DNA from: a virus
Lineage: Duplodnaviria > Caudoviricetes
Length of the DNA stretch: 61,704 nucleotides
Strand: one strand, 5' to 3'
Virus record (IMG/VR): IMGVR_UViG_3300028840_000575
Span: 1-61,704 of that record
This document shows, in pieces, positions 18,780 to 28,721 of the stretch; within the stretch, counting starts at the first letter, position 1; each line of letters begins with the position of its first letter. A program made the position numbers and the translations under genes. The notes under the pieces are model-generated. The model had not been told where the DNA came from and ran no database searches. It saw nothing but the letters and a program-made list of their open reading frames with translations.

Positions 18780-19916
18780 ATGATTATTAATATTAGAGGA
18801 ACAAATGGCTCGGGTAAGAGTCATATAATTAAATCTTTACTTAATATGTATAAGTATGAGATTATCAATGATAACATCTTATTTATTAAAGACTTAGATT
18901 TGTATGTTGTTGGGAAATATTTAAACAAAGATGGCGAATTCATCCCTACTGGTGGATGTGATCAATTAGATGCAAGAACAGTTTATACTTTTATCTATGA
19001 ATTAAGAAATGAAAATGTAATTTTTGAAGGTGCTGCTGAAAGCACTGTGTTCAATAAATGGAGTACTCTTGCATCTGAAGTTGGATTCCATAATTTTATA
19101 TTTATTTTCTTAGATACTCCTATTGAGAAATGTATTAAGCAAAGAGAAGAGAGAAGAAAAGGGCGAAAATCTAATTTTGATAATTCAACTCTTATAAAAA
19201 ATCATGCCGTCTGTAAAATAGTGAGGCATAAACTTAGACATGATGGACATGCGGTCTACGAACTGGCTTCTAAAGATGTAATTAAGTTTATTCATCAAGT
19301 ATTCAATGAAAATTCTGATGATTACCGTAATTGGTTAGAATTTTTATCAGGCTCAGGTAAAAGAACTGGAACATATAGGATCTATGGTCTGTATTGCTCA
19401 GTGAATTTACCTTTGTTTAATGATATGCCTGCTGTAAGAGACATAGAGAAGCGATACAAAGAATTTGGCATTGACAAAATTGAAGGATCAGTGATTGATT
19501 ATGGATGTAATTGTGGTTCTTTGATCTTTGAATCGTTTAATCATGGAGCTACAAGTGGAACAGGTTATGAATATTCTCCATCAAGAGTGCTATTCTGCAA
19601 CAAAGTAGCGAGACGATATGGATTGAATTGTAAATTCTACCAATATGATTTAAATATTGACCTACCTCATATCACTGCGGATTATGTATTCTGCTGCTCA
19701 GTCGATGAATACATAAACAATGTAGATTTATTCTATAGTCATCTACGTATGAGTACAAAGAAAAAGTTGTTCTTTGAATGCAATATCCAAAGAAGTGTGA
19801 CTGTTGATCTAACAGTGCGAAGACTTATGACTGCAGGTTTTAAGAAAGTCTCATATCTAGGGAATGGTGATAGTGGTGGGATTTCTCGTAAAAGAAAAAT
19901 TTACATCTGTGAATAA
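18780..19916 (+). CDS. P-loop kinase (5-hmdU DNA kinase-like) fused to a SAM methyltransferase domain
   Basis: IINIRGTNGSGKS, VVGKY, GGCDQL, VIFEG; C-terminal IDYGCNCG. Confidence 0.7.
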   Translation: MIINIRGTNGSGKSHIIKSLLNMYKYEIINDNILFIKDLDLYVVGKYLNKDGEFIPTGGCDQLDARTVYTFIYELRNENVIFEGAAESTVFNKWSTLASEVGFHNFIFIFLDTPIEKCIKQREERRKGRKSNFDNSTLIKNHAVCKIVRHKLRHDGHAVYELASKDVIKFIHQVFNENSDDYRNWLEFLSGSGKRTGTYRIYGLYCSVNLPLFNDMPAVRDIEKRYKEFGIDKIEGSVIDYGCNCGSLIFESFNHGATSGTGYEYSPSRVLFCNKVARRYGLNCKFYQYDLNIDLPHITADYVFCCSVDEYINNVDLFYSHLRMSTKKKLFFECNIQRSVTVDLTVRRLMTAGFKKVSYLGNGDSGGISRKRKIYICE

Positions 19917-19924
19917 TTTTCTTC

Positions 19925-19953
19925 TTGCATTGACGCTATTTATATGTTATAAT
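19925..19953 (+). promoter_or_regulatory. Sigma70-type promoter with extended -10
   Basis: TTGCAT(19925), 17-bp spacer ending TGt, TATAAT(19948). Confidence 0.75.
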
Positions 19954-20018
19954 GATTACATAGTAATTTAAAAGTAGACTCATCACTTGGGATATGCACC
20001 TATTAACTTGGAGAAGAT

Positions 20019-22196
20019 ATGAAGAATATCCGTGTACGTAAACGAGATGGAAATCTGCAATCATTTGATGCGAAGAAAATCAAAAAGGCATTGTTCTTAG
20101 CTTATAATGAGATAAGACCAGATGATCTCCCTTCTTTTGATTCTATAGTGTCTAAAATAATCAAGAAGATTAAAGCACTTAAATTAGAAATTGTTGATAT
20201 AGAATCTATTCAAGATATAGTTGAAGAATATTTAATGACTGCTGATCCTCCTGTTGCACAACACTACATCACATATCGTAGAGAACGTGCAGAGGCAAGG
20301 GAGACGCGTAAGAAACCAGATCCTAATGCTATAGCAGACTATATACATTTGTCTAAATACTCACGTTACGATCCTTCGCTTGGTAGACGTGAGACGTTCG
20401 ATGAAACTATTGGACGCGTTATGAGGATGCACAAAAGAAAGTATCCTAAACATACAAAGCATATTGAAGAAGCATTTAACTTTGTCTATGACAAAAAAGT
20501 GCTCCCATCTATGCGATCAATGCAATTTGCAGGCAATGCAATTGAAGCCCATAATGCAAGATTGTATAATTGTTCTTATACATTGGTAGATAGATTAGAT
20601 GTCTTTGGACAAATACTGTATCTATTGTTATGTGGATGTGGAGTTGGCTATTCTGTTCAATGGTTCCATGTTGATAAGCTTCCTAGACTCAATAAAATAG
20701 GTAGGAAAGTTGAGCATTATTCTATACCTGATTCTATAGAAGGATGGGGGACTGCACTTAATGCCCTTATGTTCAGCTTTATAAGCGGACATCATATTGA
20801 ATTTGATTATAGTCATATACGGGCAGAGGGTGATTTCTTGAAAACAAGTGGAGGACTTGCTCCTGGCCATCTGCCTCTTAAAACAGCTTTAGAAAATATA
20901 AGAACTATCCTGCTAAAAGCACAAGGTAGAAAATTAAGACCAATTGAATGCCATGATATAATATGTCATTCGGCGGAAGCTGTCCTTGCTGGTGGTATAA
21001 GGCGATCAAGTTTAATTAGCTTATTCTCATATGAAGATACTGAAATGTTGTATGCGAAGAGCTCTGGCAACTTTGATCCTAATTTCTTAAATCCTCAACG
21101 AATGATGGCCAACAATTCAGCGGTCTTGCATCGTAGCATGGATGATAGGACTGTATTTGATCGAATCATTCGTATTGCAGAAGAAGGATGGGGCGAACCA
21201 GGATTCTTCTTTAGTAATCATAAAGATTTTGGATGTAATCCTTGTGGTGAAATTGGTATATACCCACGATATAAAGGATATACTGGATTTGGGTTCTGTA
21301 ATCTTTGTGAAATTAATCTGGCAAACATTGAAACAGAAAATGAGTTCATCCAGGCTGCAAAAGCTGCTTCTGTCATTGGTACACTACAGGCAGGATACAC
21401 GGACTTCCCATTCCTTGGTGAAGTAACTGAATCTATTGTTCGTAGAGATGCTTTACTTGGTGTTGGATTAACAGGCATGATGGATAATCCAGAACTGGCA
21501 TTTGATCCAAGGATACAGAAATTAGCTGCGACAAGTGTAACTATGATGAATTCTTTCATGTCTAAAGAAATTGGCATCATGCCTGCTGCTCGTTGCACTA
21601 CTATTAAACCTGGAGGAACAGCACCTCTTGAGCTCGGCGGTGTTTCTTGCGGAATACATCCGCATCATGCAAGAAGGTATTTCCGGAGAGTAACCGCAAA
21701 TCGGTTGGAACCTGCCTTCTTGCATTTTAAGAAAACTAATCCTCATATGGTTGAAGAAAAACCAAATGGGGACTATTGTATAGTATTTCCAATTGAAGTA
21801 TCTTCAGAGGCTAAGACCGTAAAGGAAATGCCCGCTTTAGAATTTATGGAATACATATTCACGACCTATGACAATTGGATAATGTCAGGTAGTAGATCAA
21901 CAGATTTAACTCATAATGTCTCAGCAACCGTAATGCTTGAGGAAGGTGAAAAGTCAGAGGTCATGGATCGTGTATGGGATAACCGTCATCGTATTGCAGC
22001 AATGTCCTTTGCTCCTAAGATGATTGATAAGAAATTCCCATTTGCACCACGTGAAGAAGTAACACAAGCAGATGAATCAAAATGGAATTACCTAATTGAT
22101 AATTATCGTCCAGTGGATTGGGAAACAATGAGTGGTGAAAATATTGAAATCCTCAATGCTGATTGTGAATGCACTGGTATGAAGTGTGAAATCTAA
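20019..22196 (+). CDS. nrdJ: Class II (adenosylcobalamin) ribonucleotide reductase with N-terminal ATP cone
   Basis: VRKRDG ATP cone; LPSMRSMQ, YNCSY, GGIRRS, NPCGEI, CNLCEIN, TTIKPGGT, C-terminal Cys pair; no small-subunit gene. Confidence 0.9.
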   Translation: MKNIRVRKRDGNLQSFDAKKIKKALFLAYNEIRPDDLPSFDSIVSKIIKKIKALKLEIVDIESIQDIVEEYLMTADPPVAQHYITYRRERAEARETRKKPDPNAIADYIHLSKYSRYDPSLGRRETFDETIGRVMRMHKRKYPKHTKHIEEAFNFVYDKKVLPSMRSMQFAGNAIEAHNARLYNCSYTLVDRLDVFGQILYLLLCGCGVGYSVQWFHVDKLPRLNKIGRKVEHYSIPDSIEGWGTALNALMFSFISGHHIEFDYSHIRAEGDFLKTSGGLAPGHLPLKTALENIRTILLKAQGRKLRPIECHDIICHSAEAVLAGGIRRSSLISLFSYEDTEMLYAKSSGNFDPNFLNPQRMMANNSAVLHRSMDDRTVFDRIIRIAEEGWGEPGFFFSNHKDFGCNPCGEIGIYPRYKGYTGFGFCNLCEINLANIETENEFIQAAKAASVIGTLQAGYTDFPFLGEVTESIVRRDALLGVGLTGMMDNPELAFDPRIQKLAATSVTMMNSFMSKEIGIMPAARCTTIKPGGTAPLELGGVSCGIHPHHARRYFRRVTANRLEPAFLHFKKTNPHMVEEKPNGDYCIVFPIEVSSEAKTVKEMPALEFMEYIFTTYDNWIMSGSRSTDLTHNVSATVMLEEGEKSEVMDRVWDNRHRIAAMSFAPKMIDKKFPFAPREEVTQADESKWNYLIDNYRPVDWETMSGENIEILNADCECTGMKCEI

Positions 22197-22206
22197 GGAG
22201 AAAACT

Positions 22207-22332
22207 ATGAGATTCAAAGTAATTGGTAAAGATGTGATTTATAAAATCCATATGACATTTAAAGAAGCATATGAGTTTATATGCGAAGCGAAAACTCAAT
22301 GTGCTGACAGTTATCAATTAATAATGGAGTAA
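22207..22332 (+). CDS. 41-aa hypothetical protein (not in ORF track)
   Basis: AAGGAG RBS, ATG 22207. Confidence 0.45.
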   Translation: MRFKVIGKDVIYKIHMTFKEAYEFICEAKTQCADSYQLIME

Positions 22333-22334
22333 TC

Positions 22335-22796
22335 ATGTTTGTACGCCCAAGAAGAGTTTATTTAGCTGGCCCTTATACCAGTGATAAAAGTGATGAAATG
22401 CAATCAAGGAATTGTGATCTCACAAATGTTACTGCAAATTTGGTTGCTCTTGGTTATCATGTGTTCTCACCTATAACTCACAATCATCAGATCAATGAAA
22501 GATTGCGAGTAGTCGATAAGAAACCTAATGGTTTTGATTTCTATCGTAGATATGATCTAACTATGATTGCAGAATGGGCTGATGAAACATGGGTTCTTCC
22601 TTTACCTCGTTGGAATGAATCAAAGGGAGTACTAAGTGAGATAGACTTCACTGTTCAAATTGGCAAACCTGTTTTAATAATGCCTATGCTGCTATTAGAT
22701 CCTAAACAGTGGAACATTAATCTACTTCCTCATCACATGAAAGAGGAAATGTCTACACCTGCATATGATAAATTGATAACCGCATCGGAGAAGTGA
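22335..22796 (+). CDS. Nucleoside 2-deoxyribosyltransferase-like (DUF1937-type) protein
   Basis: VYLAGPY, VFSPITHNH, WNESKGVLSEI..GKPV. Confidence 0.75.
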   Translation: MFVRPRRVYLAGPYTSDKSDEMQSRNCDLTNVTANLVALGYHVFSPITHNHQINERLRVVDKKPNGFDFYRRYDLTMIAEWADETWVLPLPRWNESKGVLSEIDFTVQIGKPVLIMPMLLLDPKQWNINLLPHHMKEEMSTPAYDKLITASEK

Positions 22797-22980
22797 GCAG
22801 AGACACACTATGTCATTGTATTATTTTGTGTCTCCTAATATTCTGAGGAGCTTGTGTACTCCAGCCTATACCCCTACTGGACCACGACTCCTCAGGATTT
22901 TATTATGGAAAATACATTACTAATATGTATCAGTGTATTAATGTTAATAGCTTGGATCCTAGATTGGAGATGGAAAAAAC

Positions 22981-23235
22981 ATGGACAGTGAAACTGGTAA
23001 ACTCTACACACGCGAAGAAATGGAAAAGCTCCCTGATGACATCAAGATGAGGATGTTTCCTATAAGTGCGGAAAGACTAACAAAGAAACAAATAGAAGAA
23101 CGTTGTGTCTCGTTACATGACAATAGATCATTTGCAGGTAAGGCACGAATAGCAAATAAAATCGGTCGTAATGATCCTTGCCCTTGTGGTAGTGGTAAGA
23201 AATATAAGAAATGTTGTTTACACAGAAAGGAATAG
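22981..23235 (+). CDS. SEC-C motif protein
   Basis: [20 protein letters not shown]. Confidence 0.85.
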   Translation: MDSETGKLYTREEMEKLPDDIKMRMFPISAERLTKKQIEERCVSLHDNRSFAGKARIANKIGRNDPCPCGSGKKYKKCCLHRKE

Positions 23236-23237
23236 TT

Positions 23238-23684
23238 ATGGAATCCTACAACAAACAGTTTCTAAGCATTTTTATCCCGCTTATGCTGATCGTCATCGCA
23301 GTGACGTTCGTACAAGCACAAACAGAACCAACTTACAAAGATCTTGGAACGTTTTCAGTCAAGTCAACACAGACATTAGAACTGAAAGCAGTTGCAAGTG
23401 ATTATGATGATGGTGACATCCTACAGTTTTCGCTTATCGATGCCCCTTCATGGGTGACCATTAGTGAATCCATTGTGATCGACGTTGTCCCAGAAGGATT
23501 TGCAGTTGGGTATGAGACTGTCATTACTGCAAGTCCTCCGGATGGTGTCATTGGTGAACATGAAATTAAAATTATGGTCTCAGACGGTAGTGTGGATAAC
23601 TGTTGTGATTATGGTATAGTCACAGTCAATGTTATACAAATAAACCACCCTCCGATCCTGGGGGATGTGGAGCTACAGGGATAG
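23238..23684 (+). CDS. Secreted/membrane protein with Ig/cadherin-like domain
   Basis: Signal-like N-terminus ending VQA; ASDYDDGD.LQFSL..APSW, VSDG, NHPP. Confidence 0.65.
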   Translation: MESYNKQFLSIFIPLMLIVIAVTFVQAQTEPTYKDLGTFSVKSTQTLELKAVASDYDDGDILQFSLIDAPSWVTISESIVIDVVPEGFAVGYETVITASPPDGVIGEHEIKIMVSDGSVDNCCDYGIVTVNVIQINHPPILGDVELQG

Positions 23685-25951
23685 AGGTTATTCTTTTAGT
23701 ATGGTTTCTAATAAGAAGAAATTCAAACTAATGGTAACTTATAGGTGTGATCGATGTAAAGTTGGTCACACCTCTTATTACTATGGCAGTAGGCATAAGC
23801 TGGTGGAACGTGCAAAGAAGATCGTGGAAAGCTATGTTCCTCAATTACACATCTGTCATAGTAGTGTATCCTCTGGAGAACTAGATTGTGGTGTTGAGTA
23901 TATTGATAGTTTATTAATACATAGGAACATATAAAGGATACATGGAATGGGTGAGAAAACTTATTTATTACTAGAATCTTCGTTTGGTGAAGATGAGACC
24001 TACACTCCTGGATTATTCGGAGTTGTAGAGCTGGATTTTCAACCACTGGAGACATTTCCAATCCTCGTGTCAATGGCTCCCTATAGAGGAGGTGTGCAGA
24101 TAGATTGTACTGAATGGATTGGAAGCATAATTAAATCAGTATTCTCAGAAATGGATTATGCACGATTAGAATTGAAAGTGATGAATCTCGCGTCAAGTAA
24201 GAAGTATGATGGGGTAACAACAGTTTGTTTGAAATGTGGTAAGACGTTATCAGATGGTCTGATAAACGCTAAACGGAAATATTGCGATAAATGTGGAGAA
24301 GACTAATGGAGTGGGAACCAAATGAAACAGACAGTAAGCATCTTCAATTAATCATTAGTATGTCAATGGATTGCTTGCGAGGCAATGGGACAGATACAAG
24401 AGATACATACCTTGCCAATTTGCAAATGATCTTAGATGAACTTAATATGATTAAGTTCGAAGAGCTTCGCCGTATGGTGGATGAGATCGATGAAAAGGGT
24501 GAGGACCTAACAAATTGGGAAGTCGGGTTCATATCTGATATCATTGATCGAGATATCAAGAAGTTCAGTCCTAAGCAATGTAAATACATTAAAGAAATTT
24601 ATGAAAAGAGAGTATGATGTCGAATGATCTTATCTATGGCATCGTGATTGGTGTTTGCCTATCTACTATTGTATGGGCAATATATCTTGGGAGACCGAAA
24701 TGAATCCATTAGCAGGTGAAAGAACTGTGACTGCAAGACGCCGGAAGTTGTTGCATGGTCAGACATGTGACAGCTATCCGGTTGCAGTTACTTTTAATAT
24801 TATAGAGAATGGTGGAAATCGTGGTAAACCTATTCTCCACGTTTCTAAAGGAGGTGTAACTGGATATGAAGGATACTATGTCGCGGATCTTAATATCGCG
24901 AAGATCAAAGAGGAAGGGATTTATCTTTGTGCAGGAACTACAGGTAGTTGGGATGAGCTATATTTATCTGGGGATCAATTTGCTTTGGTCTGTGGCCATT
25001 TTTCTATTACTGAAAAGGACGGGAGACAATGATAGATAAAGTAGAAGTCCGAACGTTTAAACATTATGCTCGTTGTAATTGTGGTGGGACTTATAAATGG
25101 CTCTGCTCTCAACAAGGATATGAGTACTTGCATATATGTGATAAATGCCGAGATAAGAAATTATTCTCTAAAATTTATCCATATACATCATATGAGGAGA
25201 TAAAATTATGATTGATATAAAAGATATTACTGATGATGACATTGGGAAATGGGTCTTGTATCAAGATCGTGGATCTTCGGAAAAGGGACGCATCAAAAGC
25301 TATAATCATAAATATGTTTTCGTAGTATTCTCTTGTGCAGAGGACTGGGAAAACTTCACTGATTATACAGCTTGTGCCTGTGTTCCTAAATTCTTGCGTA
25401 TGGTTGATGATCCAATAAAATCTGAAAAGGACGGGAGATAAGAATGTATAAATATAAACTCGAAATTAAATTCCATGCTAATGTAGAAGAAGCTGCTGTA
25501 CATACTCATACTTTTGATTTTGAATCTGAAGATGATTTTACAGCGATGGAAACTGCTGCAAGACATTGTCTCACAAGTGATTTAGCGAAGGATATAGTCC
25601 AGAACAGTATACTTATATCTATTGAAGTGTATCGTCGCATTACGGTCAAGGAGTCTAATCCAAGATGAATGTTAAGAAGTAGAAATCACTGAAGATTTTT
25701 TCAATTACATGTCTTAGAAGATCCGTTTTACTAATTTACAATAGAGGTTCGTATAAGTGAATAAACAAACTAATCTTATAAAATCATTAGTCAATATTCA
25801 AATGGAAACTGTCTTAAATCTTATAGAGGCGGATCCTCATTCGTGGAGTAATCGCCCATGTCAGACATGCACTGCGATCTCTGCAATGATAGGACGTCCG
25901 TTCGGTTGTGTTAGAGTAATGGAGGAGAAGAAGAAACGTGAAACAACCTAA
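23665..25951 (+). other. Array of about 8 small + strand hypothetical ORFs, several Cys-rich
   Basis: Tightly packed ORFs at 23665, 23947, 24291, 24655, 25029, 25208, 25444 and 25757 with overlapping starts/stops. Confidence 0.6.
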
Positions 25952-26174
25952 AAAATGTTGTGAAATTGGATCATACGATCATCAAGTTCCTATGGCGATA
26001 AATGGTCGTCGCCAGGATATTGATTTATGTATTGCAGATATTGTAGCTGCTCTAAATGCTGCGAATATTAAAACTGTATTCAGTTGTTGTGGTCATGGAT
26101 GTGATGGTCAAATATCTTTAGAAGATGGACGTATTCTCAAAGTGTGTTGTATCCATCCAACTCCGAGGAAATAA
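25938..26174 (+). CDS. Small conserved phage protein with SCCGH motif
   Basis: DLCIADIVAALN..IKTVFSCCGHG. Confidence 0.6.
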   Translation: MKQPKKCCEIGSYDHQVPMAINGRRQDIDLCIADIVAALNAANIKTVFSCCGHGCDGQISLEDGRILKVCCIHPTPRK

Positions 26175-26650
26175 TGGCTCCGAAACCTGAAAGTAAATTT
26201 GTCGGTCAATTAAACGAACGGATATTTCGTAAGTTCAATTGTCTAATCTTTAATATTCATGGGCATATGATGCAGTCCACGAGTTGGCCCGATCTTTACA
26301 TTGTTCATAAGAAGCTTGGACAGTTTTGGTTAGAAGCTAAAGTCTATCCAAATACAATCATGAAGAATGTTAAACAAAGGCAAAGGATCAATGAACTGCG
26401 AAGTAGAGGTGCTCCGGTCGTTGTTGCAACGCTATTCGATGACTTTGATAAAATACCTGCAGAATGTTTTCGTGGGCATGACTTCCCGGATACTCCATTC
26501 GTGATGTTGGAATATGGAAATATCTATACAATGAATAGTGATCTTTGGTCATTAAATCATATTTACATGCCATTTGATAAGAGATTTAGTCATAAGGATC
26601 TATGGTCTTGGCTGCAAAAGTCAACTGTACCCGATTTGTGTGCGGGTTGA
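26174..26650 (+). CDS. VRR-NUC / PD-(D/E)xK nuclease (resolvase-like)
   Basis: PESKF, WPDL, WLEAK, QRQRINELRSRG. Confidence 0.7.
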   Translation: MAPKPESKFVGQLNERIFRKFNCLIFNIHGHMMQSTSWPDLYIVHKKLGQFWLEAKVYPNTIMKNVKQRQRINELRSRGAPVVVATLFDDFDKIPAECFRGHDFPDTPFVMLEYGNIYTMNSDLWSLNHIYMPFDKRFSHKDLWSWLQKSTVPDLCAG

Positions 26651-27493
26651 TTTGCAATGACCAAATTTACGGCCATTCGCTATTAGTAAATGAAAACACC
26701 AAATCCGTTCAAACTACAAAATACAACCCTTTATATATACGTACGTGAGTAAGTGACCGGGTGGAAGAAAAAGAATATAATATAGAATATTTTAATATTT
26801 GTCTCTTTGCAGTGGTAGCAGGTGGCCAGAACGATCCACTGCAAATCAACCCTGCCACTTTTAGGGTACAGAGGATAAAACTATGAAACATGGAAAAGAG
26901 TTCAGGGATGCGAGAGATCTACTAGAAGGATTGAGACTTGCAGAAAATTATTATAGTGTCGAACGATTTAAAAAATGTGATTGGGATGATCCTGATGATG
27001 TTTCTTTATATAAGAGTCAGAAAAGAATTGCAAGACGAGATGAAACAATATTAAGACTGTGTCCAGATAAAAGATGTCCGTCTTGTGGTAGAATAGTTTT
27101 ACAGTCAGCAAGATGGGTGATAAGTAAAGATAGAAATAAAGTAATATGCAAATCTTGTCATCAACGATTAATGAATAATAAGGCTCCAGATTCTGTAGAA
27201 GTATTTGAATACAGTATATTCACACCAGAACGTTATTCTATCAATCCTCAACTTCTTGTGCAGGCAAGAGAGATGTCTGGATTAAGTTTAAGAGAGTTTG
27301 CGAGAAGAGCAGGATGGGGACGTTCATATCAACAGAAAATAGAAGACGGAACAATAAAGACAGTTTCAATAGATGTTGTGAATATTCTCATTTGTGTTCT
27401 TAATGATTCTAATGTTACTACTCTAGATAGTCTAAAGTAATCTGTAAATTAATCATCTGTACCCGATTTGTGGCATGCCACTTTTAGGGTACA
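26625..27493. repeat. Three related half-site elements around the XRE-HTH gene
   Basis: CTGTACCCGATTTGTG at 26625 and 27457; TGCCACTTTTAGGGTACA at 26853 and 27476; GGGTTGATTTGCA (26644) inverted to TGCAAATCAACCC (26840). Confidence 0.8.
26883..27440 (+). CDS. Zinc ribbon + XRE-family HTH regulator
   Basis: CPSC...CKSC; AREMSGLSLREFARRAGWGRSYQQKIEDG. Confidence 0.8.
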   Translation: MKHGKEFRDARDLLEGLRLAENYYSVERFKKCDWDDPDDVSLYKSQKRIARRDETILRLCPDKRCPSCGRIVLQSARWVISKDRNKVICKSCHQRLMNNKAPDSVEVFEYSIFTPERYSINPQLLVQAREMSGLSLREFARRAGWGRSYQQKIEDGTIKTVSIDVVNILICVLNDSNVTTLDSLK

Positions 27494-27511
27494 ACTGATT
27501 TTATTTTTCGC

Positions 27512-27540
27512 TTGCTTTTGATGTTAAATTGTGTTATACT
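27512..27540 (+). promoter_or_regulatory. Sigma70-type promoter of the packaging/structural operon
   Basis: TTGCTT(27512), 17-bp spacer ending TGt, TATACT(27535). Confidence 0.65.
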
Positions 27541-27582
27541 ATTAACGTTGGGCAAGCTAAGCCTCCATCTGGAAATTGAGTT

Positions 27583-28278
27583 TTGTCTAAACCTAAACGA
27601 TTTAAGAAAAAAGAATGGTTTAAAGATTATAGTGTGAAGCGAACAGGTGGCGGACCTCCTCCACCGAACCATCCCCGGAGATGCCAAGCCAGGAATTCTC
27701 TTGGTCTCCAATGTGGAAGATGGGCATTGCGAGGACGTGACTATTGTGCAATGCACGGAGGTCGCACACCTTTATCAAGGAAGAAATTGGCTAACTACTA
27801 TTCAAAACATGCTGGACGCTCATTGAAGAGTTTATTAGAGGAAGTTGCCAGTCAACCTGATGATGAGCGTCTCTCACTTGCAGAAGAGATCGACGTTGCA
27901 AGGATTAATACTGCTAGAGCATTACAGTTCTTTGAAAAGATAGTTCTTAATGAAGACTTCCGTGATAAGGATGGTAATCAAGTAGAAATTGGTCCTGAGA
28001 AAATGCTTCAGCTTAAATCAACATGCTCAAATGCTGTAAAGCAGGGATTGGATCAAGTTGCTTCATTAGTCCAGGCAATGGCTAAAGTAGAAGCACTGAA
28101 ACAAGATAAAATATCTGTTCACAATATTAAGTGGATAGTTGCTCGTATCATGCGTTTAATCGAAGAGGAGGTTGAGCCTGTCAATAGTGAATGTGCTAAG
28201 AGGCTTTGTAATAGGATCAGTGATCTTAAACTTCTTGAAGGCGATTCAACGAATGCTAAGGTGGTGTTGAGTATATGA
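27583..28278 (+). CDS. HGGxSTG-motif protein, probable terminase small subunit
   Basis: RCQARN..G.QC......YCAMHGG; helical C-terminus; upstream of TerL; TTG start uncertain. Confidence 0.6.
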   Translation: MSKPKRFKKKEWFKDYSVKRTGGGPPPPNHPRRCQARNSLGLQCGRWALRGRDYCAMHGGRTPLSRKKLANYYSKHAGRSLKSLLEEVASQPDDERLSLAEEIDVARINTARALQFFEKIVLNEDFRDKDGNQVEIGPEKMLQLKSTCSNAVKQGLDQVASLVQAMAKVEALKQDKISVHNIKWIVARIMRLIEEEVEPVNSECAKRLCNRISDLKLLEGDSTNAKVVLSI

Positions 28279-28653
28279 CAAAATGCCTAACATGTGAACA
28301 AGGGGCTAAATTTAAAAAGATCCCTGGATACATAAGCCTGATCACAGATGGTGATTCTTTTGTTTGTAAAATAGAAATCAATGGACAGGTACGACGTCTA
28401 GGAGCTCAAACCTTAGAGCTTTTGTATGAAACCATAATCGAAGAAAAGAAGAAACGAGAACAGGATGCCTGAAAAGACAATTGAAGTTGATTTCATGATT
28501 GGTGATAATGTTATAATCAGAGATACTGATTTTGATGGGAGAGTTATTGGTATTTGGATAGATCAAACGCAGACAATCCAATATCAAGTTCGATATTTTG
28601 CTGGTGGAAAGTTAGATGATAGATGGTTCATCAGTAGCAATTTACACAGATGA
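28275..28653 (+). other. Two small hypothetical ORFs (28275..28472, 28465..28653)
   Basis: Coupled ORFs; the second is SH3-like beta-rich. Confidence 0.5.
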
Positions 28654-28721
28654 AAGTTTTCTCCCCTCCGGAAGCACCAAGTGACTTCGGTTATTTGGTG
28701 CTCCATTAAAGGAATCTTCAC

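Noticed and set aside
24998-25443. Short direct repeat CTGAAAAGGACGGGAGA at the ends of two small ORFs (about 25010 and 25422)
   Set aside because: It includes the RBS of the next gene and probably reflects cassette shuffling of small genes; too short to call a mobile element
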